Assembly: GCF_009914755.1 (NCBI RefSeq)
Contig: NC_060928.1
Source: the human T2T-CHM13v2.0 reference genome, Homo sapiens
DNA length: 64,000 nucleotides
Reading direction: 5' to 3' (one strand)
In this document: in pieces, positions 16,556 to 29,214 of the stretch
Numbering within the stretch: the first letter of the stretch is position 1
Layout: every line of letters begins with the position of its first letter
The notes under the pieces: model-generated
Told to the model about the DNA's origin: nothing
The model's input: only the letters and a program-made list of their open reading frames with translations
The model's database searches: none
Made by a program: the position numbers and the translations under genes

Positions 16556-18472
16556 TCTTCTCAGCCCAAAAGCTTCTTAAGCTGATAAGCAACTTCAGCA
16601 AAGTCTTGAGATACAAAATCAATGTGCAAAAATTGCTAGCAATCTTATCTACCAACAACAGTCAAGCTGAGAACCAAATCACAAACAAACTCCCATTCAA
16701 AATTGCCACAAAAAGAATAAAATACCTAGGAATCTAGCTAACAAGGGAGGCAAAAGATCTCTACAAGCAAAACTATAAACCATTGCTCAAAGAAATCAGA
16801 GATGACACAAACAAATGGAAAAACATTCCATGCTCATGGATAGGAAGAATCAATATTGTTAAAATGACTGTACTGCCCAAAGCAATTTATAGATTCAATG
16901 CTACTCCCATTAAACTACCATTGACAGTCTTCAGAGAACTAAAGAAAACTACTTTAAAATTTATATGAAACCAAAAAAGACCCAAATAGCCAAGGCAATC
17001 CTAAGGAGAAAGAACAAAGCTGGAGGGATCATGCTACCCAACTTCAAACTATACTACAGGGCTACAGTAACCAAAACATCATGGTACTAGTACCAGAACA
17101 GACACATAGACCAATGGAAGAGAATAGAGAACCCAGAAATAAGACCACACACCTGCAACTATCAGATCTTCAACAAACCTGATGAAAACAAGCAATGGGG
17201 AAAGGATTCCCTAGTCAGTAAATGGTGCTTTGATAACTGGGTAGCCATATGCAGAAGATTGAAACTAGACCCTTTCCTTACACCATACACAAAAATCAAC
17301 TCAAGATGGATTAGAGACTTAAATGTAAAACCCAAAACTATAAAAACCCTGGAAGACAACCTAGGCAGTACCATTCAGGACATAGGTGTCGGCAATGATT
17401 TCATGACGAAGACGCCAAAGGCAATTCCAACAAAAGCAAAAGTTGATAAATGGGATCTAATTGAACTAAAGAGCTTCTACACAGCAAAAGAAACTATCAG
17501 CAAAGTAAACAGACACCCTCCGGAGTGGGAGAAAATTTTTGCAAACTTGTATCTGACAAAGGCCTAATATCTAGCATCCATAAAGAACTTAAACAAATTT
17601 ACAAGAAAAAAACAACCTAATTAAAAAGTGGACAAAGGATATGAACATCTACTTCTGAAGAGAAGGTATACATGCAGCCAATAATCACATGAAAAAAACT
17701 CAACATCACTGATCATTAGAAAAATGCAAATCATAACCACAATGAGATACCATGTCACGCTTCTCAGAATGACTATTATTAAAAAGTCTAAAAATAACAG
17801 ATGCTCGTGAGTTTGTGGAAGAAAAGGAACATTTATACACTGTTGGTGGGAGTGTAAGTTAGTTCAACCACCGTGGAAGACAGTGTGGCAATTCCTCAAA
17901 GACCTAAAGACCATTTGACCCAGCAGTCCCGTTACTTGGTATATACTTAAGGGAATATAAATTGTTCTGTTGTAAAGATGCATGCATATGTTCATTGCAG
18001 CACTATTCACAATAGCAAAGACATGGAATCAAGCTAAATACAATAGCAAAGACATGGAATCAACCTAAATGCCCATCAATGATAGAGCAGATAAAGAAGA
18101 TGTGGTACATACACACTATGGAATACTCTGTAGCCGTAAAAAATAATGGGATCATGTCCTTTGCAGAGACATGGATGGAGCTGGAGGCCCTTATCCTTAG
18201 CATATTAATGCAGAAACAGAAAACCAAATACCACTTGTTCTCACTTGTAAGTGGGAGCTAAATGATGAGATCACATGGACACATAGAGGGAAACAAAACA
18301 CATTGGAGCCTTTCAGAGGGTGGAGGGTAGGAGGAGGTTCAGGAAAAATAACCAATGGGTACTAGGCTTAATACCTGGGTGATGAAATAATCTGCACAAC
18401 AAACCCCCATGGCACACATTTACTTGTGTAACAAACCTGCACATGGACCCCTGAACTTAAAAGTTAAAAAAT
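16556..18472 (+). mobile_element. 5'-truncated primate L1 (older L1PA-like), 3' ~1.9 kb, sense
   Basis: ORF2 C-terminal remnants ([44 protein letters not shown]) and 3'UTR. 17-bp TSD AAATAATTGT(A/G)GGAGGA at 16539-16555 and 18473-18489. Confidence 0.95.
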
Positions 18473-18528
18473 AAATAATTGTGGGAGGAAAACATTGAAG
18501 TGTTTCTTACATATTTTTCTCTATGCAG

Positions 18529-18699
18529 AAGAAAGCTGTGGTGATTCGTCACTTGTATAATGAAGATAATGTTGACATTTCTGAGGATACATTAAGTCCA
18601 ATAACAGATGTTAATGAAGCAGTTGATGTGTCTGACTTAAATGCTACTGAAATAAAGATGCCTGAAGTAAAGGTTCCTGAAATCAAGGCTGAGCAACAG
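18529..18699 (+). CDS. CEP44: CEP44 coding exon 5 (171 nt, phase 0-0)
   Basis: tttttctctatgcag| ... CAG|gtaaca; KKAVVIRHLYNEDNVDISEDTLSPITDVNEAVDVSDLNATEIKMPEVKVPEIKAEQQ. Confidence 0.97.
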
Positions 18700-19689
18700 G
18701 TAACAACTTTGGACTTTTTAAATAGATGCCAGTATTTTTTACTTAAATATGTGTAATTATTTCAGCCTCTAAACTTTGGAATATTTCTAGCCTTTTGAAT
18801 TATTAATCATGACATTTTATCTATGTTACAATTACTGAAGTGTCAATAAGTCTTACTAAAATAATTCAACAAATATTTGCTGCATATGTGTAGGGTGCTG
18901 GGCTAAGTGTTGGGGTGATGCAAAGTAGAATAAGATATGGTACTTGGCTTTAAGGAATCTACAATTTAGTGAGACATAGCGATATGCTACTTTGCATAGT
19001 GGAGGTTCTCTACCACCTATTTTCTTTATTGGTGAATGGAAAAGATTGGCACTTTATTGCCTATTCATTTTCCTTTCTGGGTCCCTGCTGTTATTTTCTG
19101 TCTCTCTTAAAAAACCATTTCTATTACTCTTAATTGCCACAGACCCCAATATGTCTGATCTCTACTGTTTCTGCTAAGACTTCTTTTTCTGTGTTTCTAT
19201 GTCTTGTGATTTCTATATATCTCAGTATATCAATATACAGTTGGCACTTACAAAAACTACCAGATGGCCATTGGACCTACTTCCTGTTATATGGCAAACC
19301 GAACAATCTCAATGCACTAAGTGTTGTTTTTGGTCATTTCCTCTTAGCTTTGTGCTAAGCGTTGTTTCAAGAAGCTAGTTAATAATAGTTTTATTTTACT
19401 AGCTGGTATTAAGAGAATCATGCAAATTAACTCATTATCAGAAGAATCATATGAAATAGATACTGCTCTTATCTCTTTTTTTTTAATGAGGAAATGGAGG
19501 CATCAAGATCATAAATCTCAGAACTGGTTTAAGTGGCCAAGTAGTCTCCATCCAGAGATAGCTCTCTTAACTCTCAAGCAGGACGGTCTCTCCTAACTGT
19601 TGAGATAACGCTGTGGAAGTGAGAATACATTAATTTTAAAGAAATTTCAGTTTGTTTAATTTTATTTTTAATCTCTCTAACCTTTTTAG

Positions 19690-19896
19690 GATGTAAATGT
19701 TAATCCTGAGATTACTGCACTACAAACTATGCTTGCTGAATGCCAAGAAAATCTTAAGAAACTGACTTCGATAGAGAAAAGGTTAGACTGTTTGGAACAA
19801 AAAATGAAAGGAAAAGTGATGGTAGATGAAAACACCTGGACTAATCTTCTTAGTCGTGTCACTCTTCTTGAAACAGAAATGCTTTTGTCTAAAAAG
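19690..19896 (+). CDS. CEP44: CEP44 coding exon 6 (207 nt, coiled-coil region)
   Basis: ctctaacctttttag| ... AAG|gtattt; [69 protein letters not shown] (heptad leucines). Confidence 0.97.
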
Positions 19897-20622
19897 GTAT
19901 TTTCCTCCTTTAACATTTATAAAATATCTCAGATATAACAAAGTTTTTTTTTGATTGTTATATGTGTATTTTTTTGGAAATGCTAAATATGAGAATATTT
20001 GAATAATGAGAAAATGTCTAGTTAGAATGAAGTCCTGTTTAAATATAGCCTGTATGTTGTTGTGGCTGTTGTTTCTCTCTTCATTGAATAAGATAATCTG
20101 AAAAACTTGTCAGTTGAGCTTTTACAGATGTTAATAATGCTTGAAGAATTTAAAATGAGGTAAGAATATGATAGATATGAAAAGCTTAAAATTATTTTAT
20201 ATCTTTTAATAGTACAAATAACCTATTTTCATAGGGTAGAAAAGATACAGAAGATATAGGTAACTCTTCCCATCTTTTTTTCACTCATTTACTTCAATCA
20301 TATTGTGAATTTCATAGAATAGTTACCAGATTTACCATTGCCTTATCAAATCTGAGAAATTTGTTTTTTTTTACTCAGGATTTCAATTTCTGGTCTGTCT
20401 TTCCTTCCTAGAAGGTGAAGTCAAGTAGCTTGCTATCTGCTTCCATATTTAAAACATTTCTTATATGTAGGAATATGCAGTATATGTATTGCTTTAATAA
20501 AAAATTAAAAATATTTAAACATTTATCATGCTACCTTTATATTTTATGCTCAGCATTAAGAATATAAAATGAGAGGGTTTTTCTTTTTATTTCATTCTAA
20601 ATATTTAACTGTGTTATTCCAG

Positions 20623-20698
20623 AATGATGAATTTATAGAGTTTAATGAAGTTAGTGAAGACTACGCTTCTTGTAGTGACATGGACCTTCTGAATCCTC
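20623..20698 (+). CDS. CEP44: CEP44 coding exon 7 (76 nt)
   Basis: gtgttattccag| ... C|gtaagt; NDEFIEFNEVSEDYASCSDMDLLNP. Confidence 0.96.
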
Positions 20699-22106
20699 GT
20701 AAGTTTGTAAATACTATGAGAATTGGTATGATGAGTTTTCAGAAAAATGATTGTTATAGTAATTTTAATATTCTTAAGCTTTATTGTTTAGAAATTGCAA
20801 AGCTCCTAGAACAAAGAACATAATGAACCTACAGACTACTAAAGCCAAGAATTGCTTAACTAACCAGCCTACTTATTTCACATAACATAGTGGGTGAATA
20901 AATTTCAGTGTACAAAATTGAAAATTTTTAGAGATATTTTACTGTTTTAATCATTCGAGAATAATCAAGTGCTCTAGGATATTAATGTTGGCCTCCAAGT
21001 TTTTAAATTTAAGCTTAGGTAGGTAGTAGCTTTCTCATATGTAAATAATAATATGTAAGAGAAGAAAACACATTTGTCAGTATCTATAAAGTATTGCAAA
21101 CTTCTTCCATGTGAATAGTTCACTGATAATGATAAAATGGGAAAGATCTGATATTAGGATAGGTCTTTTCCTGGTCACTTTACTAGGCTACTGATATTTT
21201 GCTTAGTGTGACTGAGCAGCAAGGGTAAGATTTCTGTTTTTCAGTGACAGCTTTGTTTTGATTGTTATGTATTTTTAAAAGATCTAAATTTTGTGCCATA
21301 TCTATGATTAAATCATAGCTATAGAAGAGATGTTTTGTCCAATTGAGAATTCATCGTTAAGTTAAATTTTTAATATCTGTGGATTGTTAACATTATAAAA
21401 TCTTTCAGCTCTACTATATGTGTAACAATAAAATAATATATATTCTAGCACTAACAGTGTGCCTGGCACGATTCTAACTACTATATTAACTCATTTAATT
21501 CTTGAAGTAACCATTGCAAGATAAGTACTATTTTTATATTTTACAGTTGAGGAAACTGAAGTACAGCAAAATTAAGTAACTACAGCAAAGGTCACACAGT
21601 TATTGAATTGTAGATCAAATTTGAATCCAGGCAACTGATCTGAAGTTTTTTCTTGACTGCTGCATATTTGGAGCACATATCAATATCATTGCACAAAGAA
21701 CAATTTCAGTGATTAGCTTGTTAAGTATAATTATTTGAGATGCTATTTAAGGCAACTAAATTTATTATAGGCTGCAGATTTCAGATTTGGTAAAATGTTG
21801 CCTGTTTTATTTATCCATTCATATATCTATTCAACAAATGTTAATGCTTGAGTATAAGATCCTTGAGAGCAAAAACTTTATCTTATGGTCTGCCTGTCTA
21901 GCACACAGAAAGTATGTCGGTGCTTTTATCACCAGTATTTGCATATAGTAGAGTTTAAATATTTATTCACTGAAAGAATATTGAATGCTTGTGATTTGCA
22001 AAACATTGCCTTTTTCAAGTTTGATTTTGCATGCTCAGGCTTATTTTTTTTTAATGACATGATTATAGAATATACCTTTAACCTATTTAGAAAACACATG
22101 GCTAAG

Positions 22107-22444
22107 TTTTTTTTTTTTAATTTTTTAATTTTTTTGAGATAAGTGTGGTCTTACTCTGCTGCTCAGGCTGGAGTGCAGTGGTGCAATCATAGCTCACTGC
22201 AGTCTCCTAGATGTTAACTCCTTGGCTTAAAGTGATCCTCCTTTCTCAGCCTCCTGAGTAGCTGGGACTACAGGTACGTGCCACCACACCTGGATAATTT
22301 TTTATTTATTTACATACTGTTTTTAGTAAAACAAGGTCTTGCTATGTTGCTCAGGCTGGTCTTGAACTCCTGGGCTCAAGCAATCCTCCCATCTCTGCTT
22401 CTCAAAGTACTGGGATTACAGGTGTGAGTTAACATGTCCGGGTT
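22107..22444 (-). mobile_element. AluJ, antisense
   Basis: Diverged Alu dimer; TSD cacat(g/a)gctaa(g/a)ttt at 22095-22109 and 22445-22459. Confidence 0.92.
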
Positions 22445-22689
22445 CACATAGCTAAATTTCAACAACTGTGCCAGGACTGAAAGTAATTAACAGGCCTCTA
22501 TCTGAAATGGATTACAGATTATGATTAGGTTGAATACCTGGTCTCATAGAGTTTATGATCTGATCTAGATTAATTAAAAGACTCAAGTTTATAAAGACTT
22601 ACACATTATACCTTATACATGCTACTTGGAAATAGGGTTTGATTTCATTTGAATGCAGAGAGCAATAATTTACTACTCTGGGTTTAGGA

Positions 22690-23165
22690 TCATATTAAAT
22701 CAGGAATAGTTTTTGTGAGGTTCCAGATTTGTTTTGCCTTTATCAGGAATACAGTGTTCCATGGGGAATTGTAAGGCACCTTAATGTCTTGGTAAGAGTG
22801 AATTAGCAGAGGCTTTTAGGGATTGGACTTGTGTTGGATAATTTTGGAGAGGGTTTGAGGAAGCAAGGGCTACGGGTGCTGTCAGGGAGCAGGAGCAATT
22901 TGATGATTGATGGTAAGAATGAAATTTTTAGCATAAAATAAGTACTCATGTTAGGCAAGGGGGGCTATATCTGCTCATTTATGTGGTTACATGGTGCCCT
23001 TGTTTTGTCTATGTTCGGACATGAATGGTGGTTTTGGGTGTGTTGTTTCATTATGCTAATGAAGTGACCTCATGTGATGTTCTTTTTCATGAAATTATTT
23101 ATATTCATTAGAGGGTACAGTAGTTTAGGTGTTAATTGCCAGACAGGGCACCAACTGTTAGTGCT
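22690..23165. mobile_element. Old LTR-like remnant (possibly MER76-type)
   Basis: Resemblance to a recalled ERVL LTR consensus only; not verified. Confidence 0.4.
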
Positions 23166-23329
23166 CCTTTTTTATTTGCTTGTTTGTTTCGCTTTGTTTT
23201 GTGCCTTTTTTCCCTCAGAGGAAAAAAAAAAAAAAGGTGTGCTACCACAGAAGAGTGTGGTTTGTTCCTGTGTGACTAGCAGGAAGGGTACATGTGAGCA
23301 CCTGAAGGAAGCTGTAGCAGAAGAGTAGA

Positions 23330-23830
23330 AAGATCAAGTCATGGAGTTTATCCCAGAGTCGTAGGAAGATTTTCAGCAAGGCTAATATTCTTAGGTTTGT
23401 GTTTCACAAAGGTTATCATCAAAGCAGAATAGTGATTTGTTAGGAAAGTAAGATAGGCAAGGATAATTTGAAGAGAATTTTAGTAGTCATTATTTCAGAA
23501 TAATAATGAGGGTCTCTACTAAGGCAATGATAGTGAGGATAAAGAGCAGGTGATTTATTTGGGAGAAATTTAGATGTTAAAATTGATATGCCTTGATCCT
23601 GATAGATACAAAAAGGGTGAAGGAGAGTAAGGAAGGTAACACTGACTACTTGTGTTTGGCTCATGTGATTGGGTAGGTGATTGTTACTCTTTAATAAAAT
23701 AAAAAATTCAGGAAGAGGAGAAGGTTTGGGAGAAATAATGAGTTCACTTTTGAATATAATAAATTATATATGAAATCCTTAAGACAGAATATCTAGAAAT
23801 CAGTTGGATACATACATTGGTCCTTGATTT
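23330..23830 (+). mobile_element. L2 LINE fragment
   Basis: Purine-rich degenerate L2 motifs (gaaataatgagttcacttttgaatata; caggaagaggagaaggtttggg). Confidence 0.6.
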
Positions 23831-24599
23831 AGAAGTATTGGCTTACAAATTATTAAATGGTAAAGGACCCTACTGATTCCCTTCGTGGAATAAGGTGATA
23901 AGCCTCCAAAGATGGCAGTGAAAGATTAGTTGTTACGTGGTAAGAGTTGGGTAGAAGATTTCATGTCCCATACCCCCATAATCTTAGAAGTAGAAGAGTC
24001 CCTTTCTTTACAGAGACTTCTTAGCAGTCACTACTGAAGTACATAACAACTGGTGTCAGGGTCCTTGTGTCAGTGGCCATTGCCTTTCCCCTTTCCTTTC
24101 CAACCTGAACTCAGTTACCAATTCTTTTCTCAATCCCCTATAGCACAGCTAAGAAACTATTAATGTTTAAACAAGTAAGGCTTTACTAAAGGTTCAGGAT
24201 AGCAATAAGAAAAAATATAGAAATTAATGTGCAGTTAACTGATCTGGCTATTAAATATAGCTGGTGTTCTGTAATGGTCCACTCTGTAGCCTCTGGAATC
24301 CTCTGTAGGAATAACTATGAATAGCCTGCCAGCCTGCCAAATACCAGCTTTCTCCCACCATGAGGCACACTCTTGAATAAGGTTAGACACCGCAAAGTCT
24401 GGACCCCAAAATGGAAGACAAAGAGAGCCATTCCTTCACCCTTTATCTGTCTTCCCGGACCTGTTTCCTTTTCCTAGGGCCCCCTCCTCTTTTTGGAAAG
24501 ATGTCCGAAATGTTCAGGACAACTATCTGTACCCACAGAAAAAAATCCAAGATTTAGTGCATAGTAGATATAGTTCCTGCCTAATTTCAAATTATTTCT

Positions 24600-25125
24600 T
24601 AAAATAACCTCTTGTCCATAGCTCCTACTAAAAGATCTGGGTTTAGGTAGTCTTCAGAATTACACCCTGTAATCTTGACCTCCAGGCTTAGCTAATTGGA
24701 TTAAGAGTAGACACCTGACCCAGAGAATTCCAGTTCAAAGTGTGATGAGTCAAATTACATTCTCTCTCTTAGCATTTGGAATTAGGACACCACGAGTTAG
24801 TTAGTCAAATGATATTGAGCCTGGGCCGGGCTGGCCATGTGGTGGAAGTTTACGCTGATGAGTCAGCAGAGAAAGCCATTCTACAGAGAAGAGCTGAGGG
24901 ATGGAGCAAATGGCAGAAGTAGGCAAAAGAGACTGTGGCTCTATGAGAGATAAAAATTAGTCTTCTAGTTGTTTCAGTTCTCAGTGGTAATAGTTTGTTC
25001 CCCAATTAAGGTTGTCTGTGTAGGCTTACAATAAAGCTCTCTTTATGTGAACCAATTTAAATGGGTGTCTAATTTTTTTTTTTTTTTGCATTGCTTTTGC
25101 AGCCAAATGTATTCTGACTGAAACA
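24600..25125. mobile_element. MaLR (MLT1-like) LTR remnant
   Basis: gctaattggattaagagtagacacctgacccag... and 3' caataaagctctct...ttgcagccaaatgtattctgactgaaaca, typical of MLT1 ends. Confidence 0.55.
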
Positions 25126-25457
25126 CAGGGTTTGTAGGATTTATTACATTATCCGTAATCTTCTCTAATTGATATTTTTGTAGGGGAGATGCCATCATTT
25201 TGTCAAATTAATATTATCAGGATATTTGAAATGTTAGGTTTTTCCGTTTTTTAGAAAAAGAAATCTGTGGATCTTAAATTTTTGCATTACTTATTTTCAT
25301 ATATGTCAAATCAAGTTAGAATGTTTCTTGATTTTTAAAAGATATATATGGTCAGTTATAGTAATAGTTGTCACTTGCCACAGAACAGTAGTAAAAAAAT
25401 TTGTGAAATGCTTAAATGTTGCTGAATAAAAGCATCATGACAAATTCATGGATACTA

Positions 25458-25745
<288 letters not shown>

Positions 25746-26004
25746 TTATTAACTTACCTGTTTATTCAAACTGATTGCTATCATGATAATAATACTGCCT
25801 TTTGTAATTTTTATTGGGCAATTTTTAACATCTAGATCTCCATATGAAAGCTGTTACCTTAAGAGTACTAAAAACTCTTTGATCTATGCGGATAGCCATT
25901 TTTAATTAAAATAGTATGTTTTTCTTCCATCTGTAAATAATATTTTTAGATATTTGACTCTTCTGTGAAAGGAAAAGGTAATCTAAAACTTAATTTCTTC
26001 ACAG

Positions 26005-26129
26005 ACAGAAAAAGCGAAGTAGAGAGGCCAGCAAGTATTCCTCTGTCCTCTGGCTATAGTACAGCATCATCAGATTCAACTCCCAGAGCCTCTACTGTTA
26101 ATTACTGTGGTTTGAATGAGATTTCAGAG
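26005..26129 (+). CDS. CEP44: CEP44 coding exon 8 (125 nt, Ser-rich)
   Basis: tttcttcacag| ... GAG|gtaaga; (H)RKSEVERPASIPLSSGYSTASSDSTPRASTVNYCGLNEISE. Confidence 0.96.
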
Positions 26130-26368
26130 GTAAGAAAATGCTTAGATTATTTCCTTTCTAAATGAGGAAAACAAGCAAGCATTAGCTTTTGTTGTAAATA
26201 TTGCTAGCAAGAAAAATAGCAAACGCGAATCTTAGTCTCTCAAAATTCTTTCATAAGTAAACAGTACTTAATGCAATGTTTCAAACTGTGTTTTGTACAT
26301 TCTCGGTCCATCTTTGATGATGGTTTACTTTGAGAAATCATCTAAATTTGTTGCTTTTTAAATTAAAG

Positions 26369-26406
26369 GAAACAACAATCCAGAAAATGGAAAGGATGAA
26401 AAAAAT
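26369..26406 (+). CDS. CEP44: CEP44 coding exon 9 (38 nt)
   Basis: tttttaaattaaag| ... AT|gtaagt; ETTIQKMERMKK(M); needed to keep frame into the last exon. Confidence 0.93.
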
Positions 26407-27173
26407 GTAAGTAACAGAAAGGGGCAACAGAAATTCATTTCTCTATAGGGAATTGTATTGGATTACAGTATATATAGAATGTGCATGTGTGTTTCAAACC
26501 TTAAAGGTCTCTCAATCAGGTGTGGAATTTCCTTCAGGACTCCACTGGATAATAAATCCACCTACAGTTATGTGTTTGTGAGATGAGTCACTGTTTTAGT
26601 TTCCAACAAGCGATTTAAAACTTGTTGGAATTGTTAATGGAATTAACTGCAGAGAGAATACAAAGATATTTTTGGTTGGTAACTAATCAAGAGTATTATC
26701 TATTTTTGATAACTGATTTATCAAAATATTAAATAATATATATAGATGGATGGTTTGGAGACATTTTCAGTGTTGTGAAAATATCACTGGTGTTTTTCGG
26801 CAAGTTATTGATGAGATACTAAAAATGATGTTTTTGTCTAGTACAAATGGTGTGATTTTTCTAAAGAGCAGTTCAAAGGAAATATGAAATGAAATTGCAT
26901 ATAAGATGATTATGCAGCCTACTACTATAGAAAATTATAATATTATTTAGAAATGCAAAAAGTACTTAACTTACACTTCAAGAATATGACTCATAATCGA
27001 CTCCTCTTTGTCTTCCCTCTGGTCATACTTAAGTTTATTCATAGTAACTGTACTTATAGATAAGAAAAATATTCAAATTTATTTTAGGCTAAAAAGCATA
27101 ATTTCAACAACTAAAATGCTATGCTTTATTATGAATTATTGATTTACTTAATATATTATTTATTATATTTCAG

Positions 27174-27222
27174 GTTTGAAGAAACTGCAGAGTTACTGAA
27201 ATGTCCAAATCACTACTTGTAG
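27174..27222 (+). CDS. CEP44: CEP44 last coding exon (stop TAG 27220-27222); total CDS 1173 nt, 390 aa
   Basis: tatatttcag|G TTT GAA...; FEETAELLKCPNHYL*. Exon lengths 89+148+147+123+171+207+76+125+38+49=1173. Confidence 0.96.
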
Positions 27223-27703
27223 GATTTTCTACATGAACTTTTTTCTAGGACTTTGGTTACTATACATATTGTATATTTTAAGAATTCTTTATACAATTTT
27301 AATATACTGCAATACTGCAGTTTTTGACAATTTGGATTCCATTTGGTATATGAATTTTTGCATTCATTATTGAATAACTCTTTTAATATTTTTGAGCAAT
27401 GATTATACTGCTTTACCTTGTGTCACTTTTTTTTTTTTTAGGAAAAACTCATGTTCCAGTATATTTCTCTTACAGAGTGAAGTCATTACAGCACTGTATT
27501 TCTGTGTTGACATTTGTTGGCAGTGTGCTAAGTAATGTTTTTTAAAGCACAGGCTTGAGGACTATGGTTTACATCCTGTTGGAAACATTCCAAATGGGAC
27601 TTGTGTATTATACCCAGGAGGCTCTCATATATACCATCTTGGCATCTGTACTGATGAATAAGTTATAATGAACAGTTAAAAATGCTCATTGAAAATTAAA
27701 TAA

Positions 27704-28163
<460 letters not shown>

Positions 28164-28641
28164 GTAACACTTTTTAAGACCAGTGTAACAGAAAGAGAAT
28201 GTAGCCATTCTAGCCACCGTTAAAAGATACACAGTGAGGTGTTGTGTTTTGTTTTTTTAATGATGAAAAGTTACACATTTTTTGGAGAGAAAAGTCTTAG
28301 CTGAAGGTAAATCAATGGAAAAATGAAATTTATTTTTAATATTACTACTATATGAATTATCTTTTTTTAAACTTGTAGATAAAAGTGTTCCAGTAATCAG
28401 AAAATCCTCAAGAAAATTGACTTCATTATTTGGAAGGAAAATTAGTATTTTTTTTAATATTATATGGACCATCTGATTATATTTTATTTATTCATCTATT
28501 TATGGTATGTATGTATAATTCTATATTACACTGTCAAATATAAAATATTGTTATATGAGTAGAAATCACTTAAATTTTTTTTGTGTTTGTGAATTTGAAA
28601 CAGTGTAAGAAATCACTTTTAAGAAAACATTTTTAGAATTC

Positions 28642-28946
28642 CTTTGTTTTTTTTTTTTTTCTTTTTGAAACAGGGTCTCACTCTATTGCCCAGGCTGGAG
28701 TGCACTGGCGTGATCTCGGCTCACTGCACCTTCTGCCTACCGAGTTCAAGCGATTCTTGTGCTTCAGCCTCCTGAGTAGCTGGGACTATAGGCCTGTACC
28801 GTCATGCCTGGCTAATTTTTGTATTTTTGTAGAGACAGGGTTTCACCATGTTGCCCAGTCTGTTCTCAAACTCGTGAGCTAAAGCTACTCGCCCACCTGG
28901 ATGTCCCAAAGTGCTAGATTCCATGGGTGAGTCACCATGCTTGGCC
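28642..28946 (-). mobile_element. Alu (J/old S), antisense, within the long 3'UTR
   Basis: Alu dimer; TSD acatttttag(a/t)attc at 28627-28641 and 28947-28961. Confidence 0.92.
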
Positions 28947-29195
28947 ACATTTTTAGTATTCTAATAAACAGTTGGTCATCAGAACTTTAAAATGGTAGCC
29001 TACAGAAACATACAATTTTGAATTTAACAGAGTTTCAGTAAATATTTCCAGAATTAATGAAGCATGTTAGCTTTAATTTTTTCAATTGTGAGAGAAGTAC
29101 ATTTATAAAAATTAAGAGGTTAAGAGGTTATAGTTATAAGGGAAAAAACTTCTGTATCGATTAACTCCTAAAATATCAGTACCAGCATGGAATTA

Positions 29196-29214
29196 TAGCA
29201 CCACCTTGTGGTTA
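29196..29214 (-). promoter_or_regulatory. Candidate CTCF core motif
   Basis: Minus strand TAACCACAAGGTGGTGCTA closely matches the CTCF core CCAC(C/A)AGGTGGCGCTA. Confidence 0.6.

Noticed and set aside
16783-18261. ORFs resembling retroelement protein
   Set aside because: Broken ORF2 fragments of a 5'-truncated L1 with stops and frameshifts.
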